Source: Podarcis gaigeae (lineage: Eukaryota). Taken from it: DNA of 64,000 nucleotides. The notes under the pieces are model-generated. The model saw only the letters and a program-made list of their open reading frames with translations, was not told the origin of the DNA and did not search any database. The position numbers and the translations under genes are program-made. The DNA lies in NCBI GenBank assembly GCA_964106915.2, contig OZ066929.1; one strand, 5' to 3'. The stretch's first letter is position 1. Each line of letters starts with the position of its first letter. Positions 36,828-51,026 of the stretch are shown here, one piece after another.

Positions 36828-37320
36828 TTCTGCTGAAAACCTGAAGGGGAAAAGAAGGGAAAGGAAGAAATGCGCCATGAGGTCAATATATAAAAGTCTG
36901 AGCTTGTTTATGCTGTTGAAGTACCAGTATCTGACTCCTCAGCAAATGCCCAGGAATTGAGAGCATGGAGGGGGGGGGACATGCTATTCTTCGAATTGAA
37001 TTCCCTAGAATTCTCCCTTCCTTCCTCTACCTTTTTCATTCCAAGGGCCACATTCCCTCTTAGAGAACCCTCTGGGGGCTACATACCAGTAATAGAAATG
37101 GCTAACCTACATGCATTCATGCTCAGCACACATCCCTTAGCAATTAGGGTTGAAAAAACATTCTACATGCTTATTTTTCTTTTTGAAAAAATATATATCC
37201 TAGTTTTCTTTTGACACAAGAACTCGGAACTCATTGCAACCATCTTTAAATTTCATTTTAAAACTATGCAGCATTCGAATGTAGCAGGACAACTCACAAA
37301 TGACCCAAGCCATCACTGAC

Positions 37321-37520
37321 CTTTCTGGATGATGTGACAATGGCAGTAGCCCTAATCCAAAACCGGGATGGACTGACGTAGCTCCGGGAGCCAGGAAAAC
37401 GTCGGATGGTCAGGTGCCACCTTTGTTCCTAAATTCCGCACCAGCCTTGCAAGTGAAAGTGATATTGTAGCTATTTTCCAAGCAGCCTGATACAGCACAC
37501 ATATGTCTTTATTGCCGAGT
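37321..37520 (-). other. Probable non-coding first exon of the small gene (5' end approximate)
   Basis: AAG|gtcagt donor at 37320, CpG-enriched, directly downstream of X-box-like motifs. Confidence 0.45.
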
Positions 37521-37539
37521 GCTGCTTGGGTTTGTTTCC

Positions 37540-37570
37540 GTCTCCATGGGTGACATGTTGCCCTAACAAT
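37540..37570. promoter_or_regulatory. Two adjacent RFX X-box-like motifs
   Basis: GTCTCCATGGGTGAC (37540-37554) and GTTGCCCTAACAAT (37557-37570), compared with the X-box consensus GTNRCC(N0-3)RGYAAC. Confidence 0.5.
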
Positions 37571-37812
37571 GGGCCTGGTAAACAGCAGCAGAGCCAATGA
37601 AACCACCTCTCTTTTCTACCAGTTATGTAAATATTACCTCATCCTCCACGAGCAAAGAACCTGCCTTAATGTACTTCTATGTGGATGAGGATCTCAGGAA
37701 ATCTAGGATAAAGAAAGTGCTTGGTTATCTGAATAGATCAGAAATAAACAGCATTAGCATACTCTCCAACATTTCTCCAATGAAAATTGGGGTGTCCTAT
37801 TCAATAATAGTT

Positions 37813-38164
37813 GGGATGTGGGTGGCGCTGTGGGTTAAACAACAGAGCCCAGGACTTGCCAATCAGAAGGTCGGCGATTCGAATCCCTGTGACGGGGTGA
37901 ACTCCCGTTGCTTGGTCCCTGCTCCTGCCAACCTAGCAGTTTGAAAGGATGAAGTGCAGGTAGATAAATAGGTACCGCTCTGGCGGGAAGGTAAACGGCA
38001 TTTCCGTGCGCTGCTCTGGTTCACCAGAAGTGGCTTAGTCATGCTGGCCACAACACCCGGAAGCTGTTCGCCGGCTCCCTTGGCCAATAAAGCGAGATGA
38101 GCTTTATTTATAACCCCAGAGTCGGCCACGACTGGACCTAATGGTCAGGGGTCCCTTTACCTTT
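37813..38164 (+). mobile_element. Sauria SINE, full length
   Basis: tRNA-like head (box A ggtggcgctgtggg, box B gattcgaatccc), body gtagataaataggtacc, ACCTTT tail. Confidence 0.9.
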
Positions 38165-38166
38165 AT

Positions 38167-38167
<1 letters not shown>

Positions 38168-38222
<55 letters not shown>

Positions 38223-38400
38223 TTATACCCTACCCATCTGACTGGGTTGCCCCAGCCACTCTGGGCAGTTTCCAACATATATAAAAATATCATAAAACAT
38301 TAAACACTATATACCTTCCCTATACAGGGCTGCCTTCAAATGTCTTCTAAAGGTTATATAGTTACTTATCTCTTTAGCTCGGAGGTTGCATAACTCCATA
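38168..38400 (-). mobile_element. L2-type LINE 3' end with (ATT)n tail
   Basis: Same family as the 48990 copy. Confidence 0.65.
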
Positions 38401-40121
38401 CTGTCCAGCATTTCTCCAATGAAAATAAGGTCGTTTTGCCATACCCTCCAACATCTTGTCGATGAAAATAGGGATGTTCTAAGGAAAAGTGAGACATTCT
38501 GGGATGAAACCAGAGACTAGGACAGTTTCTGAAAATCTGAGACATATGGAGAGAGACACTTGGAGGGTCTGCATTAAAGCATGGGGAACCCACCCAATGG
38601 GACTCACCCAATTAAAATACAGGGCGGGGATACCCCATTATGCTACTTCCGGTGTCATGTTTCTCAAACATAAAGTGTGTTAAGTCCTCTTAGTTGTAGC
38701 AGGAGGCACTGAGGCTGCATCCAGACAGCAATTTATTCTGTTTTCATTTATTTCCTTACCTGATAATTTCCAAAATTCATGTGATCTCTTATGCAACATA
38801 AAAGCCACTTCTGGAAAAAATATAGCAGAAGTTTAGCAGTCATTTCCATAGCATTTGCTTCCAGAGGGGGGGGGGGACTGTCTCCAACCCCCTTAATCCA
38901 GAAAATCACAGGAGTTTTTTTGTGTTGCAATTTCACTTGACCTCCGGGAGGTATTCCAGCACACAGGTCTTTTCCTGTCATTCCTGGGATAGAATCTGAG
39001 GTGCTAGCATTATAATCAGGCAAAGTAACACAATAATCCCCACATCTGAATGCTCTCCAAGTAGTGTCTCCTTTGTCAGGTGGTTCGGCTGTTATAGATG
39101 CTCATAGTGACTATTTGTGATACTCGTTACAGGATCAAACAGAATTTATTTTCCCACTGGGAACATGAAGCATGAGGCACAACCACAATCCCGATTCCTC
39201 TCACATTTTGAATATTTACATGATGATTTTCAGATAAACTACCTAACAAATATTTCTCAAATGTGGCATTATTATATTTGCATTTTTATCTCCCATGGAA
39301 ATTAACATTTTTGTTCGACTTTACAACATAATGCACGTATTTTTCAACTGCATCCATCAGATTAGCAGTTATGGATTCTGCAACCTTTCAGATGTCCACC
39401 CACTCTTTGGGTGTGTATCAGATTAATTCAGAACTGTCATTTTGTGATACTATAAACAAAACTGCCATTTTTCAAACTTCCTCTCTGTGTGTACACATTC
39501 CATACATACCTTCTCTTTCATGCAAAGTCATCTTGAGCCAGAACTAACCACCTTTCCTTCTGTTCATTTTTGACACCTGCAATGACCAAACCCTGTTTTT
39601 GGCTTCCCTTCTCCTTTGAAAAAGTTATTGCCTATTTTCATTTGAAACTGGCAAGGACAAAGAAAATCATGTGCACATTGGATTATAACTCTGCAACTGC
39701 ACAATACTCACATGATATTGCTCACAACACATCAGTAATGCACATCTACTGAGCACTTAAAATTTCCTTCCTAGATACTAACTGGAAAGGAAGGAGCAGT
39801 AGCAGGCAAACTGGTGAACTTTTGAAAGTTACAACAAAAGTTGAGAAATCCCCTCACTGCCATTGAAAGCCCCTTCTCTCTGATCCCAAATATTTTAAAA
39901 AGAAAAATGATAAGAAGACCCCAGATTGTAATCCACATGTCCTAAAACCATTGGGTATCCAAAACAGTTGCCTCCAATTTGCTACTTGGATTCACTCCTA
40001 CTGCAATACTTTAGGTCCCAAGAGATTTAGGTATTTAAGTAAAGGGTTGATCACTCCAGCAAGAAATAAACACAGTCGACCAAATGCTCCCTGCTGGTTC
40101 AGAGTTTTGGCCAGTCTCCCC

Positions 40122-40310
40122 TCAGCTGCTGAGCTGGCCACCATGATGGATTTTCAGACAATAAGCCAGTTCCGATTCAATGTCTTTGATTTTCTGCGCA
40201 ATGAGACTTCTCTTGATTCCCAGCAACACACTTTGGTCTCTCTTGGCAGCCCAAGATTCAAGATGTTCCGAGAAGTGCTGTGCTTTCTCCTCAGGAAGAC
40301 AACTTGCAGA
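40122..40310 (-). CDS. Large gene terminal exon ([20 protein letters not shown]...*)
   Basis: gtacag acceptor, 62 codons plus TGA. Confidence 0.8.
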   Translation of the reverse strand, partial: SASCLPEEKAQHFSEHLESWAAKRDQSVLLGIKRSLIAQKIKDIESELAYCLKIHHGGQLSS

Positions 40311-40507
40311 CTGTACAATGGGTGGGGAGGAAGGAGAGGAAGTGGGAAACAGGCAGAAGAAAGCCATTGAGTTGTCCTGAAGCAATTACTGGAATAGTGG
40401 TTGAGGCAAGATGCTGTAAACCAGGAGATCTGGGTTCTCATTACTCTGGTGCTACTCAAGAAGAGCAAACCAGACTGTGTGGCCCCCTTCCTCCAGTTCT
40501 GATGCCT

Positions 40508-40552
<45 letters not shown>

Positions 40553-43500
40553 TCTTTATTGTCATTACACAAGTGCAACATTGCACAAGTGCAACGAAAT
40601 TGGATGCCATCCCTTAAAAACAACAAAAGCAACACAACAACAACAACCAAACAAACCACATTCCAGCCACACCCACACCCACACCCATCAAACTCCCAGG
40701 TCACACTATCGAGTTACTGCATTTAAGAAGGCCACAGCTCTTGGATAGAAACAACTATTTTTCAGTCTATTTGTCCTTGACTTGATGTTTCTGTATCTCC
40801 TGCCAGAAGGCAGTAGTACAAACAGACTGTGTCCCGGGTGAGATGCATCCTGCAGGATATTATTTGCTTTCCTAAGACAACGGGAACCGTACAGTTCTTC
40901 CAAAGATGGGAGGGGATGACCAATAATCCTTTGGGCTGTGGTTATGACCTTCTGGAGCACCTTCCTCTTCCTAGCTGTACAGCTGGAGAACCAGGCACAA
41001 ATACAGTATGTGAGAATGCTCTCTATGGAGCCTCGGTAGAAGGACACCAGCAGTCTCTCACTCAGATTGTTCTTCTTTAAAAGTCTGAGGAAATAAATTC
41101 TCTGCTGGGCCTTCTTCACCAGAGCAGTGGTATTTGCGCTCCAAGTCATGCCCTGATCGATAGTCACTCCCAAAAACCTGAATTCCGCCACCCTCTCCAC
41201 CCGTTCCCCGTTGATATACAAGGGCTGAATGTCCGCCTTTTTTTTCCTGTAATCCACCACCAATTCCTTGGTCTTAGTCGTATTAAGAGCCAGATTGTTC
41301 TCTCCACACCAAGCACAAAGCCGCTCCACCTCGTCCCGATAGGCGGACTCATCCCCTCCTGAAATGAGCCCCACCACCGTAGTGTCATCAGCAAACTTGA
41401 TGATTTTGTTGCTGGAATAAATGGCTGTACAATCATACGTATAGAGAGTATAGAGCAGGGGACTCAACACACAACCCTGTGGTGAGCCGGTGTTAAGGCT
41501 AAGGGCTGTGGACATATGTGACCCTACTCTAACCCTCTGAGAACGTTCTGACAAAAAGTCCAAAACCCAGAGACAGGTGGAGTTGGAGAGTCCAATCGCC
41601 TCTAGCTTGGACACCAGTCTATGGGGGAGGATAGTGTTAAAAGCAGAGCTAAAATCCACAAACAGCAGCCTCACATAACTCCCCGGCTGCTCCAGATGGA
41701 ACAGAGCAGCATGGAGAGTGGTAGTGATAGCGTCTTCCGTGGATCTATTTGCCCTGTATGCAAACTGGTAGTTGTCAAAAGTTGATGGAAGACAGGAAAT
41801 AATGTGACGGCGCACCAGTTTCTCAAAACACTTCATGATGATTGGAGTCAGTGCAACTGGTCTGTAGTCGTTCAGACTACTGATTGTGGATTTTTTAGGC
41901 AGAGGAACAATAGTTGACGACTTCAGGCAGGGTGGGACAATAGACTGGTGTAAGGACTTGTTGAAGATCTTAGTAAAGACCCTCGCCAGCTGATCCGCAC
42001 AGCCCTTCAACACCTTTCCCGTAATGCCATCAGGTCCAGCAGCCTTCCTCGGATTCACCATCCTCAATACCTGTCTCACCTCATGCTCCTCCTCCTCTTA
42101 CAAAGCACTTGCTTCAAGTTTGTGACTGAAGAGTGTTCAATGAAGGCAAGCCAACCTTCAACCAACTGGATGCCCTCCAGATGTTTTGGATATGCTGGCT
42201 GGAGGCTGATGGCAGTGGTAGTCCAAAACATCTGCAGTGGAACATCTGGTGGGAAGGCTGATGTAAACAGATTATCTAGTAGATGTTGAGTGAGGGACTT
42301 CATCATAGAATGAGTGAGATCTGTCTGCCCAGCCTCACTCTTTTGGGCACTAACTGACAATTTCCTGGTTTTTGTCCACCACATGCCCCAGAGTGTTTCA
42401 ATAAATGTTCCTTTGCATTGCCATTTTTAGCACTGTAGACATAGGGATCCATGCAGCAAGCACACTTGCCATATGATGTGTGTGAAGTGAGTTTGAAAGA
42501 GGGATGAGAAATTACTATTCCCTAGTTCATTCCTAGTCTTAAACACAATGCCCAGCCTTATGGGGCTATTGTGTAGATGTTGGGTTGTTGAGCACTTTGC
42601 ATACAAGGAGCACTATCAAGGCATATTCATCTGCATTTAAAATAATAGTCATTTGCATCACTGCCCCCTGCAATTAAATTGTGGTATGCACATACTGCAA
42701 ATGAGGGTGACTCCTCTTGTGCTCTGAGTTCGCGGTCCAGATGTTCCTCTTCTTCTTGGATTGTTAAGGCCTGCAATGTCAGCTGGAAGAAGTCCTCATT
42801 CAAGCCATCCAGCATCTCCTCCAGCTCTTCAATCTTCACCTAGAAAATGGAAACCATTAAGAAGAAGGAGGCCAAATGCAAGCGAGGACACAGCTGCTTT
42901 TGGAACAGTTTTGTAGAAGAGAGAATTTCATCATTTGCAGAAGGTCATTTCTTACTGCTAAAAAGGCAAGAGTAGCCCTTCTGAAAAGGACACAAGAGCC
43001 CTACCCTCTAATGCACTTGGGCATGCCACACAGATGCCCAAATTGCACATCATTGGTAGATCCATGGATGGGACTGACCTATGCTTCTCTCCCCGCATCA
43101 TGTCTCTTTGATAACATGTTGATGTTGTTTGTTAAACCACAATGCTGTGTCATTGCAATAGCCTTATCCTGTCCTCAGTGAGTGACAGTCTATGAAACAT
43201 GAAGGGTATTGTATCATATTATATAGCAGGGTGGGGAACTGGATCTGACCAGCAGGCTGGATCTTGAACCCCCCCCCCCAAACACCATGGGCTGTTTCCA
43301 TTCAGTGGTCAGATCTGCCCATGAGTCAACAACCTATTTCATACATTATGTCAGGTGAAGCATTTTCCTTTGCCTGAATGATCTGAAATCAAACCATGCA
43401 GGCAAAAAGAGGTTCCATGGGTACTCTGGTCGGCTGATGGGAGGCTCCTGCAAAACCCACTTCCACAAGGAGCCTTTGCCTGCCCTCCACCTGATGAGAT

Positions 43501-46500
43501 CGGTATAGTCTGGGTAGGCATGGCTTGGGGAAGACAGCAAACCAGAACCACTGCTAGGCTTTATTAGGCCTGCAGAAAGGAGGTTCTCCACAGCTTTCAC
43601 AGGTACACAACAGAGACATGGACCAGTGTCACCCATGTATCTCCCTTAATAGGTAGTCTGGGGTCCAGAGCCTTCCAGTCTTGGAATAACAGCTCATCTA
43701 GAACCAGGGGTCATTTTGCCCATCCTTTTACCTTTTGGCAAGCCCATTATTGTTTTGCTCAGAATGGCCAAGTGCCAGTCCTCATATAAATAACCCCTTC
43801 CCACCCTATCTGCATAAGGGGAGTATGAAAAGGCAGCCACCAGAAAACAACACATTTCCATAAAAAGGGTCTGCATATCAGAGCAAGACAGACTCTTCTA
43901 GAATTGGAAGGGTCTTCTTCCACTGGTGGATGGTGGAGAAGCCTGATTTACATGGCCCCACCTACTAGAGCAAGTAGGAGGTGCAATGGGACAACTCATA
44001 CTCCTTTCCACTGTAGAATAATGATATTGACACAGCAGACATAAACAAGTCTTGCAAGGGGCTGAACTAGATGATCCCTTCCAACCCTACAATTCTATTA
44101 TTCTAAGTTACAGGAGGTTGAGCCAAGTTGATTTAAGGTCAAGTGAGCTACCTGAAGGTCAGAGGAATCTCCTGCCCAAGTCTTCCTCTCACTGCTGCGT
44201 GCTCTTTCTTCAAGTTGCCCTGAAGTTTCCATTATATTTTGAAGCTCTGCTTGCAGCAGGAAACTTCTGTAATCTTGCAATCTGAGACACACAGGAAGAG
44301 AGGGGGAAAAAGGAAAGTAGGATTTTCTGTGTGTTGCACCTGCCTGCATCCAGAGGGCTAGCATGAAGCTCTCTGTCCATGCTTTGAAATGATGGAAAGA
44401 GGAGAGAAAAGAATTGACATGGTTAGAGAGCCCTCCTGGAGCAAGGCATCCATTAGGTTCCCAATATCATCTATTGTGGCTCATCCCTTTATCAGAGGAA
44501 AGAACCACATGACGAAGAGGGTTATATTAAACCAGTGCTGTACTCCCAGACCAAATTGAGTTAGGGGTGGAGTGCAACTGCTACTAACTCATTCAAAAAT
44601 GGAGAGATTCTACACTTGCTACTACATCAGAGCTATGTGCAGGATGGGCCTGTTTAGAAAGTGAACAATCTGGTTCCAGAGAATCTAGCTTGCCTGAAAT
44701 GGCTGCTTTGCTTCAGAAGGTTATTGAGCCATTGCAGACATCCTGGTGGCCTAAATCAATCACTGAGGCAATGGAGGACGCTGTCTCACTGGAGCCAGTG
44801 GACCTTCAGCTGAAGCTGAATGTTTGAAGATTCAGGACATTTTTTTAAAAAAAGCACTTTTTCACACAGTCCATAGTTAAACTATGGAAGTCGCTCCCAT
44901 AAGAGGCAGTGATGGCCACCAGCAAAACAGGCCTGGACAAATTCATGGAGAAGACCATCCATGGCTACTAGCCATGATGGTTGGATACATTAATGCATCT
45001 TAATACCAGTTGCTGAAGACTGCAGGAAGGGAGAGGGCTCTTGGGCTCAAGTCCTGCCTGCAGCTTTCCCACAGGCATCTGGTTGGCCACTGTGAGAACA
45101 GCATGCTGGACTAGATGGGCCACTGGCCTGATCCAGCAGAGCCCTTATGTTCTTATGATGTGTGTTGGGCCTAGAACACCCTAAGGAGATTCCTTTACCC
45201 ATGGAGGTTTTGTTAGACATCACCTTCCCCCTACCTTGTCCACATTTTCCCACTGCATGGCTATTTCTGACTGCTTCTGCCTTCTAAAGAATAGGAAAAA
45301 TGCTACATGCCTCCAATCTGACCAACCCACAGAAGGATGAGGAAGAAAAAAAACCTGTCCCCAGTTTAGTTTTGATGGAGCTCAGTCAGCATCCAGCTGC
45401 TCCAAGCTAAGCAGGACCAGAACTGGAGGCCAGTTATACCTTCAACTGCCAAGCATGAAAATTCTAACACTAATTTGCATACAGCTGACTTGTTGTATGT
45501 ATTGTGATGGAAGCAAGACAGGTCGGCAGGTGCAGGCTGCACAGAGCAATGAGGTCATAACAAGATCGGCCAATGTGGAGTGCTTTCAATTTACACCATT
45601 GGGCCAGCAAAAAAAGTAAGAGCATGTTTTCTTAGAAACTCTTTCAGCCACAACATCGTCTCTTAATCCTCTGTCTACTGAGGACATAATTGATGCATAA
45701 TTGAAGACTGAGAATAATTTCTGAGAACTATGAGATATCCCCGTGGAAAAGAATGGATGTTGCACAACTGCACTGCTGGGTTGATTGCCTGTATTTGGTA
45801 TCAGGATATTACCCAAGGGCAGAGTCTGATTCATTGCTTGTAAGGGAAGATGAGATCCTGTAGATAAATGAAAGAATGGTTTTTGAAAGGCATTTTACTG
45901 CAGGGATATCGTCCTACATAGCTCCAGTTATCTAAGTGATTCTTCTGAGCAAGCTTATGTTGCGTATGGTATGTGCCTCTGGCATCATACTTATTTATTT
46001 ACACAGACAATCCTCAGATGTTGCCTATTGCAATTCTGTACTCCCAGAAGCTGCTTCAAAAAATGCAGGACAGGGCTGCTGGCAGGCTGGTCCTGGGTCC
46101 TTATAGCATGGGGCTGGCCCACCCATGAGGCAATATGTGATGAGACCATGATGAGTGGCAGGATCCAGAGGGGCAGCAGAGCATTGCCTGCTGATGTTGC
46201 CAGAAGTAAGATCTGGCTTCTCTTCAGTAGCACCTCCAATGCTGCCTCTACAGCAGCCTCTTGTTGAATTAGACACAGTACTGATCTCCTCCTATCCCTA
46301 GGGAGGAAATGGGCAGGGGCTGCCCTTTCGGGTCTCCTAGGATCTGCACCTATCCAGCATGATTCAGAGAGAGCCCTGTGACAGCCTTTGTTTCCCGCTT
46401 CAACCACCAGGTGAAGTTGATTTGATTCCCCTATTTTCCCAGTGTAGATCTTTATCCCCCCCCCCCCACGCCTGTTCTTGATGTATATCTTCTTGATGTA

Positions 46501-47939
46501 TATCTTCATTCACCCCTTCTTCCCTAGTGGGGTGTGTGTGTACCATTTTGTGGTTTGCCACAGGTGCCGAAATGCCTTGCCCCAGTCTTCTTACTGCACC
46601 ACAGCAAACACTGTTTCCAAAGTAAAATAAATTATAAACTCTTGCCTTTGCAATTTGAGACTCTTTGTCTGGCCCTCCAATGCACTTGCTGCCTATGCCT
46701 GCCAGGATCTGACCCAAGCCTGATCCTGTCAGCTTACCACTTGGATCCCTCTAGCCAATATTTGTACAACTAGGAAAGGAGAAGATGGCTGCACACATAC
46801 ACCATACATTTAAAGTGTGTTTTCCACTCCCAAAAGAATCCTGGGAACAGTTTATCCAGGATTCTTTCTGGGGGAGGCAGAGAAGGTGCATGGTGTATAT
46901 GCAGCTGATACCCTTATTCACTGACTCTGCCTGGCACATAGAAAACTATAGTGGTGGTAAGGTTTCTTTCGAACACAAATCTACAAGCATGGAGTCAACT
47001 AATGGACATTGATAGATGCCTCCTTTTTCCAAGAGTCTTCTGTTCCTTGTCAGTAGCCCAGTTATCAAGCAATGGGGCTCCCACTATTAGTAGTTTACTC
47101 CACACAAACCCTTCCTTGAAGGAGATGTCAATAGAATTATCTGAGCTCAGTGACTGTTCTCAGAATTATCTCTAGGCTCAGTAATTGTTATCAGTGATGT
47201 AAATGAAAAACAGGACCATTTTCAGATAATAGATATGTACCGAAATTAAATACACAGACAAAATTCATTACAAAGGGCTAGCTTCCTCTATTTCAGTGAG
47301 ATAGGGAAGAAGGAATTAGAACATTATGTAAGCTAAATAATCAATTGTGCAACTGAAAAATGACCTTGTTATTGGAATATATGCACTAATATCGCAACAC
47401 AGCAATATGACACGAGTACAATTATTTGTCTGTCACAATCTTGGATTACTTATCTAGTGAAACCAACATCAGCTACCTTTCCCGTGGGCGTTGCTCAAGG
47501 AAACGAGAGTCAGGCAACATTCGGAGACTCAGCAGTTCTTCAAAAATCGACCGAGCAGCTAAACAAACAGGCGAGCAATTTTTCATCGGATTCTGAAAGA
47601 ATCAGCACAGAAGGCAGAACTTTTAGTGGTCCTAATCAAAGGATCTATTCATCAGAAATATCGAGCGCCCAAGATTTTGCTGACATCGTGGGATTATTAT
47701 TATTATTTTTTTATTTGCATCCAGCTGCTTTGAAATTCAGGCCTTTGGGTTTTTCTTTTCACAACGCAAAAGCTGGGGGTTGAAAACAAAAGAACAGAAA
47801 GCATACACAGAAGTTAAAAGCTCACATTCTACAGCCTTTTTCTGTAATTTAATAATTCTAACTTTTATTTCTGATTGTAGTAATAGGTAGGGATGCCTGA
47901 GAAATTAGATTTCTGTGAATCCTGATCTGAATTATTATG

Positions 47940-47970
<31 letters not shown>

Positions 47971-48990
47971 ACATTATATCCCACTTTTCATCCAAGGAGA
48001 GCAAGGTGACGGGTACAATATTCTCTTTCTCAATTTCATCCTCTAAACAACCCTGGGAGGTAGGTTAGGCTGAGAGATGGCGACATGTTCAAGATCACCC
48101 AGTGTGATCTTGGAGATTTGAACTTTGGTCTCCCAAGTCTTAGTCCAGCAATATACTGTAACCATTACACCACACTGGATCAATTGGTCTGATTCTAAAA
48201 CTTCTATTCATGGGTCAGCAAACCTTTTCAGCAGGGGGCTGGTCCACTGTCCCTCAGACCTTGTGGGGGGCCGGACTATATTTTTTTGGGGAAATGAACA
48301 AATTCCTATGCCCCACAAATAACCCAGAGGTGCATTTTAAATAAAAGCACACATTCTACTCATGTAAAAACACACTGATTCCCAGACCATCTGTGGGCCG
48401 GATTTAGAAGGCAATTGGGCTGGATCCGGCCCATGGGCCTTAGTTTGCCTACCCATGTCCTATATCATGTACAGTGGTACCTCGGGTTACATACGCTTCA
48501 GGTTACAGACCCTGCTAACCCAGAAATATTACCTCGGGTTAAGAACTTTGCTTCAGGATGAGAACAGAAATTGTGCTCCGGCGGCACAGCGGCAGTGGGA
48601 GGCCCCATTAGCTAAAGTGGTGCTTCAGGTTAAGAACAGTTTCAGGTTAAGAACGGACCTCCAGAACGAATTAAGTACATAACCAGAGGTACCACTGTAA
48701 TGGATAGGAATTTGGGGATAGAGAAAAGAAACTACCTCTTTGTGCAGCGCTTAGTTCAACAATGGAACTCACTCCTATATGGGACAGTGAAGGCCACCCA
48801 CATGAATGGTTTTAAAAGAGGATTGGGCAAATCTATGCAGGACAATGGCTATTAGGCATGATGGCCATACTGCACCTCCACAGTCAAAGGCAGTAATCCT
48901 TCTGCCTACCAGTTGAGGGCTCTTGTGCTTAGGCCCTGCTTGAGGGTTTCCCACAGGCATAGAGTTAGCCACTGTGAGAACAGGATGATA

Positions 48991-49035
<45 letters not shown>

Positions 49036-50990
49036 TTATTATTTGTGCCCCGCCCATCTGGCTGGGTTTCCCCAGCCACTCTGGGCGGCTTCCAACAGAG
49101 ATGAAAAATACACTAAAATGTCACATATTAAAAACTTCCCTGAACAGGGATGCCTTCAGATGTCTTCTGAATGTCAGGTAGTTGTTTATCGCTTTGACAT
49201 CTGATGGGAGGGCGTTACCGAGAAGGCCCTCTGCCTAGTTCCCTGTAACTTGGCCTCTTGCAGTGAGGGAACCACCAGAAAGCCCTCGGAGCTGGACCTC
49301 AGCGTCCAGGCAGAACAATGGGGGAGGAGACGCTCCTTCAGATATACTGGACCTAGACTCTACAGGTCATTCGCACAATCCAGCAGGTTCTCCTCATGTG
49401 CTTATGAATTCAACTATTCTTCCGATTTTGTGCTTCTCTGAATTTGGCAAGATCATTTGCAGCTCATGCTCCAGAACCATTTTAGAAAGTGTCATTTACA
49501 ATTTAGAGCCACATCTGTAGTGCTACAGCATGCACATCTGGCCAGAACACCTGAAAACTTATTACCTTCCCTGCTGTCTCTTCTGCTCCCCAAGAACACT
49601 GGAAAAAGGCATCAGCTAGGGCAGCCACTGCTGTGTTGAGCTCTTTCCAAAAGCCAACGTTTGGAGGAATAGCTTCCTTAGAGCCTGGGAGAAAGATAAA
49701 AAGACCGATCTGTGTCATCAGAATTCTTTGAATCCTCCAGATGTAGCCTCACCCAATATGGAAGCCCCTTTCCATTAGACACTCCCATCTGGAGATTCAG
49801 AGTTTTGTTCAGTTCACTGTCCCTTGCCACAATATTACACCTTTCTGCATGCAACCATCCAGGCCAGATGAGATGTAGTTCAGGAGAGCCAAGCTCCAGA
49901 CCGAATTTTTTAAGCTAGCTAAAGTTTGAACCACAATTTTGTCCAATTACTCATAGCAGTCAAGCGATGAGACTGTTTTGAAGATTCAGTAAGCTAAACC
50001 CATCTTCAGCTCGCCCTTTTGGAAGCCTGTCTGCATTATTAGGCAGGGCTTGTGTGGTGCAACATGCAGATTTAGAAATAGGCAAAACCTTCAGCAGAGC
50101 ATCTCATAAGCCAGGAACCCACACCTCCATTGTGCTATTGTTAGCATAAGGCACAAACAAGGAAGAGGCCAGACTCTCTCCTGTAATATGCTCTGCAGAT
50201 CTAGTTCTTGGAGCTGCTGTCTCTCTGCTTTCCTCTGCCATGATCCTGCGCAATGAAAGGTTAAGGAAGGAAGTGAAGAGACAAAAAAGATCTGCAAAAG
50301 GTCTTTTTGTCCTTGCTTACAATATTACCCAAACAGCAGAAGAAACTATCACAATGAAGGAAGTGTTGTGCCAAATACCTGCTACACAAACAGGATTAAA
50401 AAAAAAAAAATTCCCTGCACCCAATTATGCGGAAAGGATATCATTAGATCACAGGGTGTAGCAGCCTTCTTTGCATTTGACATGGCAATTGTCAGAATTT
50501 CATCATTATATTCCAGGCATTCAAATCAGCCTTCAGTACTATGAAGTACATGCTTTTGCATGCAGAAGATCCCTAGTTCACTCCATGACATATCTACAGT
50601 TAAAGGAAACCAGGTATCCTTTAGCTGTAGATATCATGGAGGGAACAAGGGACCATGTGAAAAGAAACAAACTCTGGGGATTGTTGGAAAAAATGACAAC
50701 CCCATGTCAAGTTCCACGTCCCCTTGAATAATGTATGAACATCTTGGCAATACATAGAATCATAGAGACATAAAGGACCCCGAGGGTCATCTAGTCCAAC
50801 CCCCTGCAATGCAGGAATCTCAACTAAAGCATCCATGACAGATGGCTATCCAACCTCTGCTTATAAACCTCTAAGGAAGGAGAGTCCACAACCTCCTGAA
50901 GGAGACCATTCATTTCTTTCACTCCTATTTTTTATCATTGGGTAGAGGGAGCAGAGAAATCCACATCAGAATGACATTAGGACATGCAAC

Positions 50991-51026
<36 letters not shown>

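Noticed and set aside
45586-46769. Minus-strand ORFs (172 aa, 82 aa) and a 32-nt exon-like segment at 46769-46738
   Set aside because: Exons j and k join in phase without them; phases are incompatible and no motif is recognisable
50091-50297. Possible extra exon [22 protein letters not shown]
   Set aside because: The acceptor is plausible but I found no convincing donor, and the exon is not needed for frame
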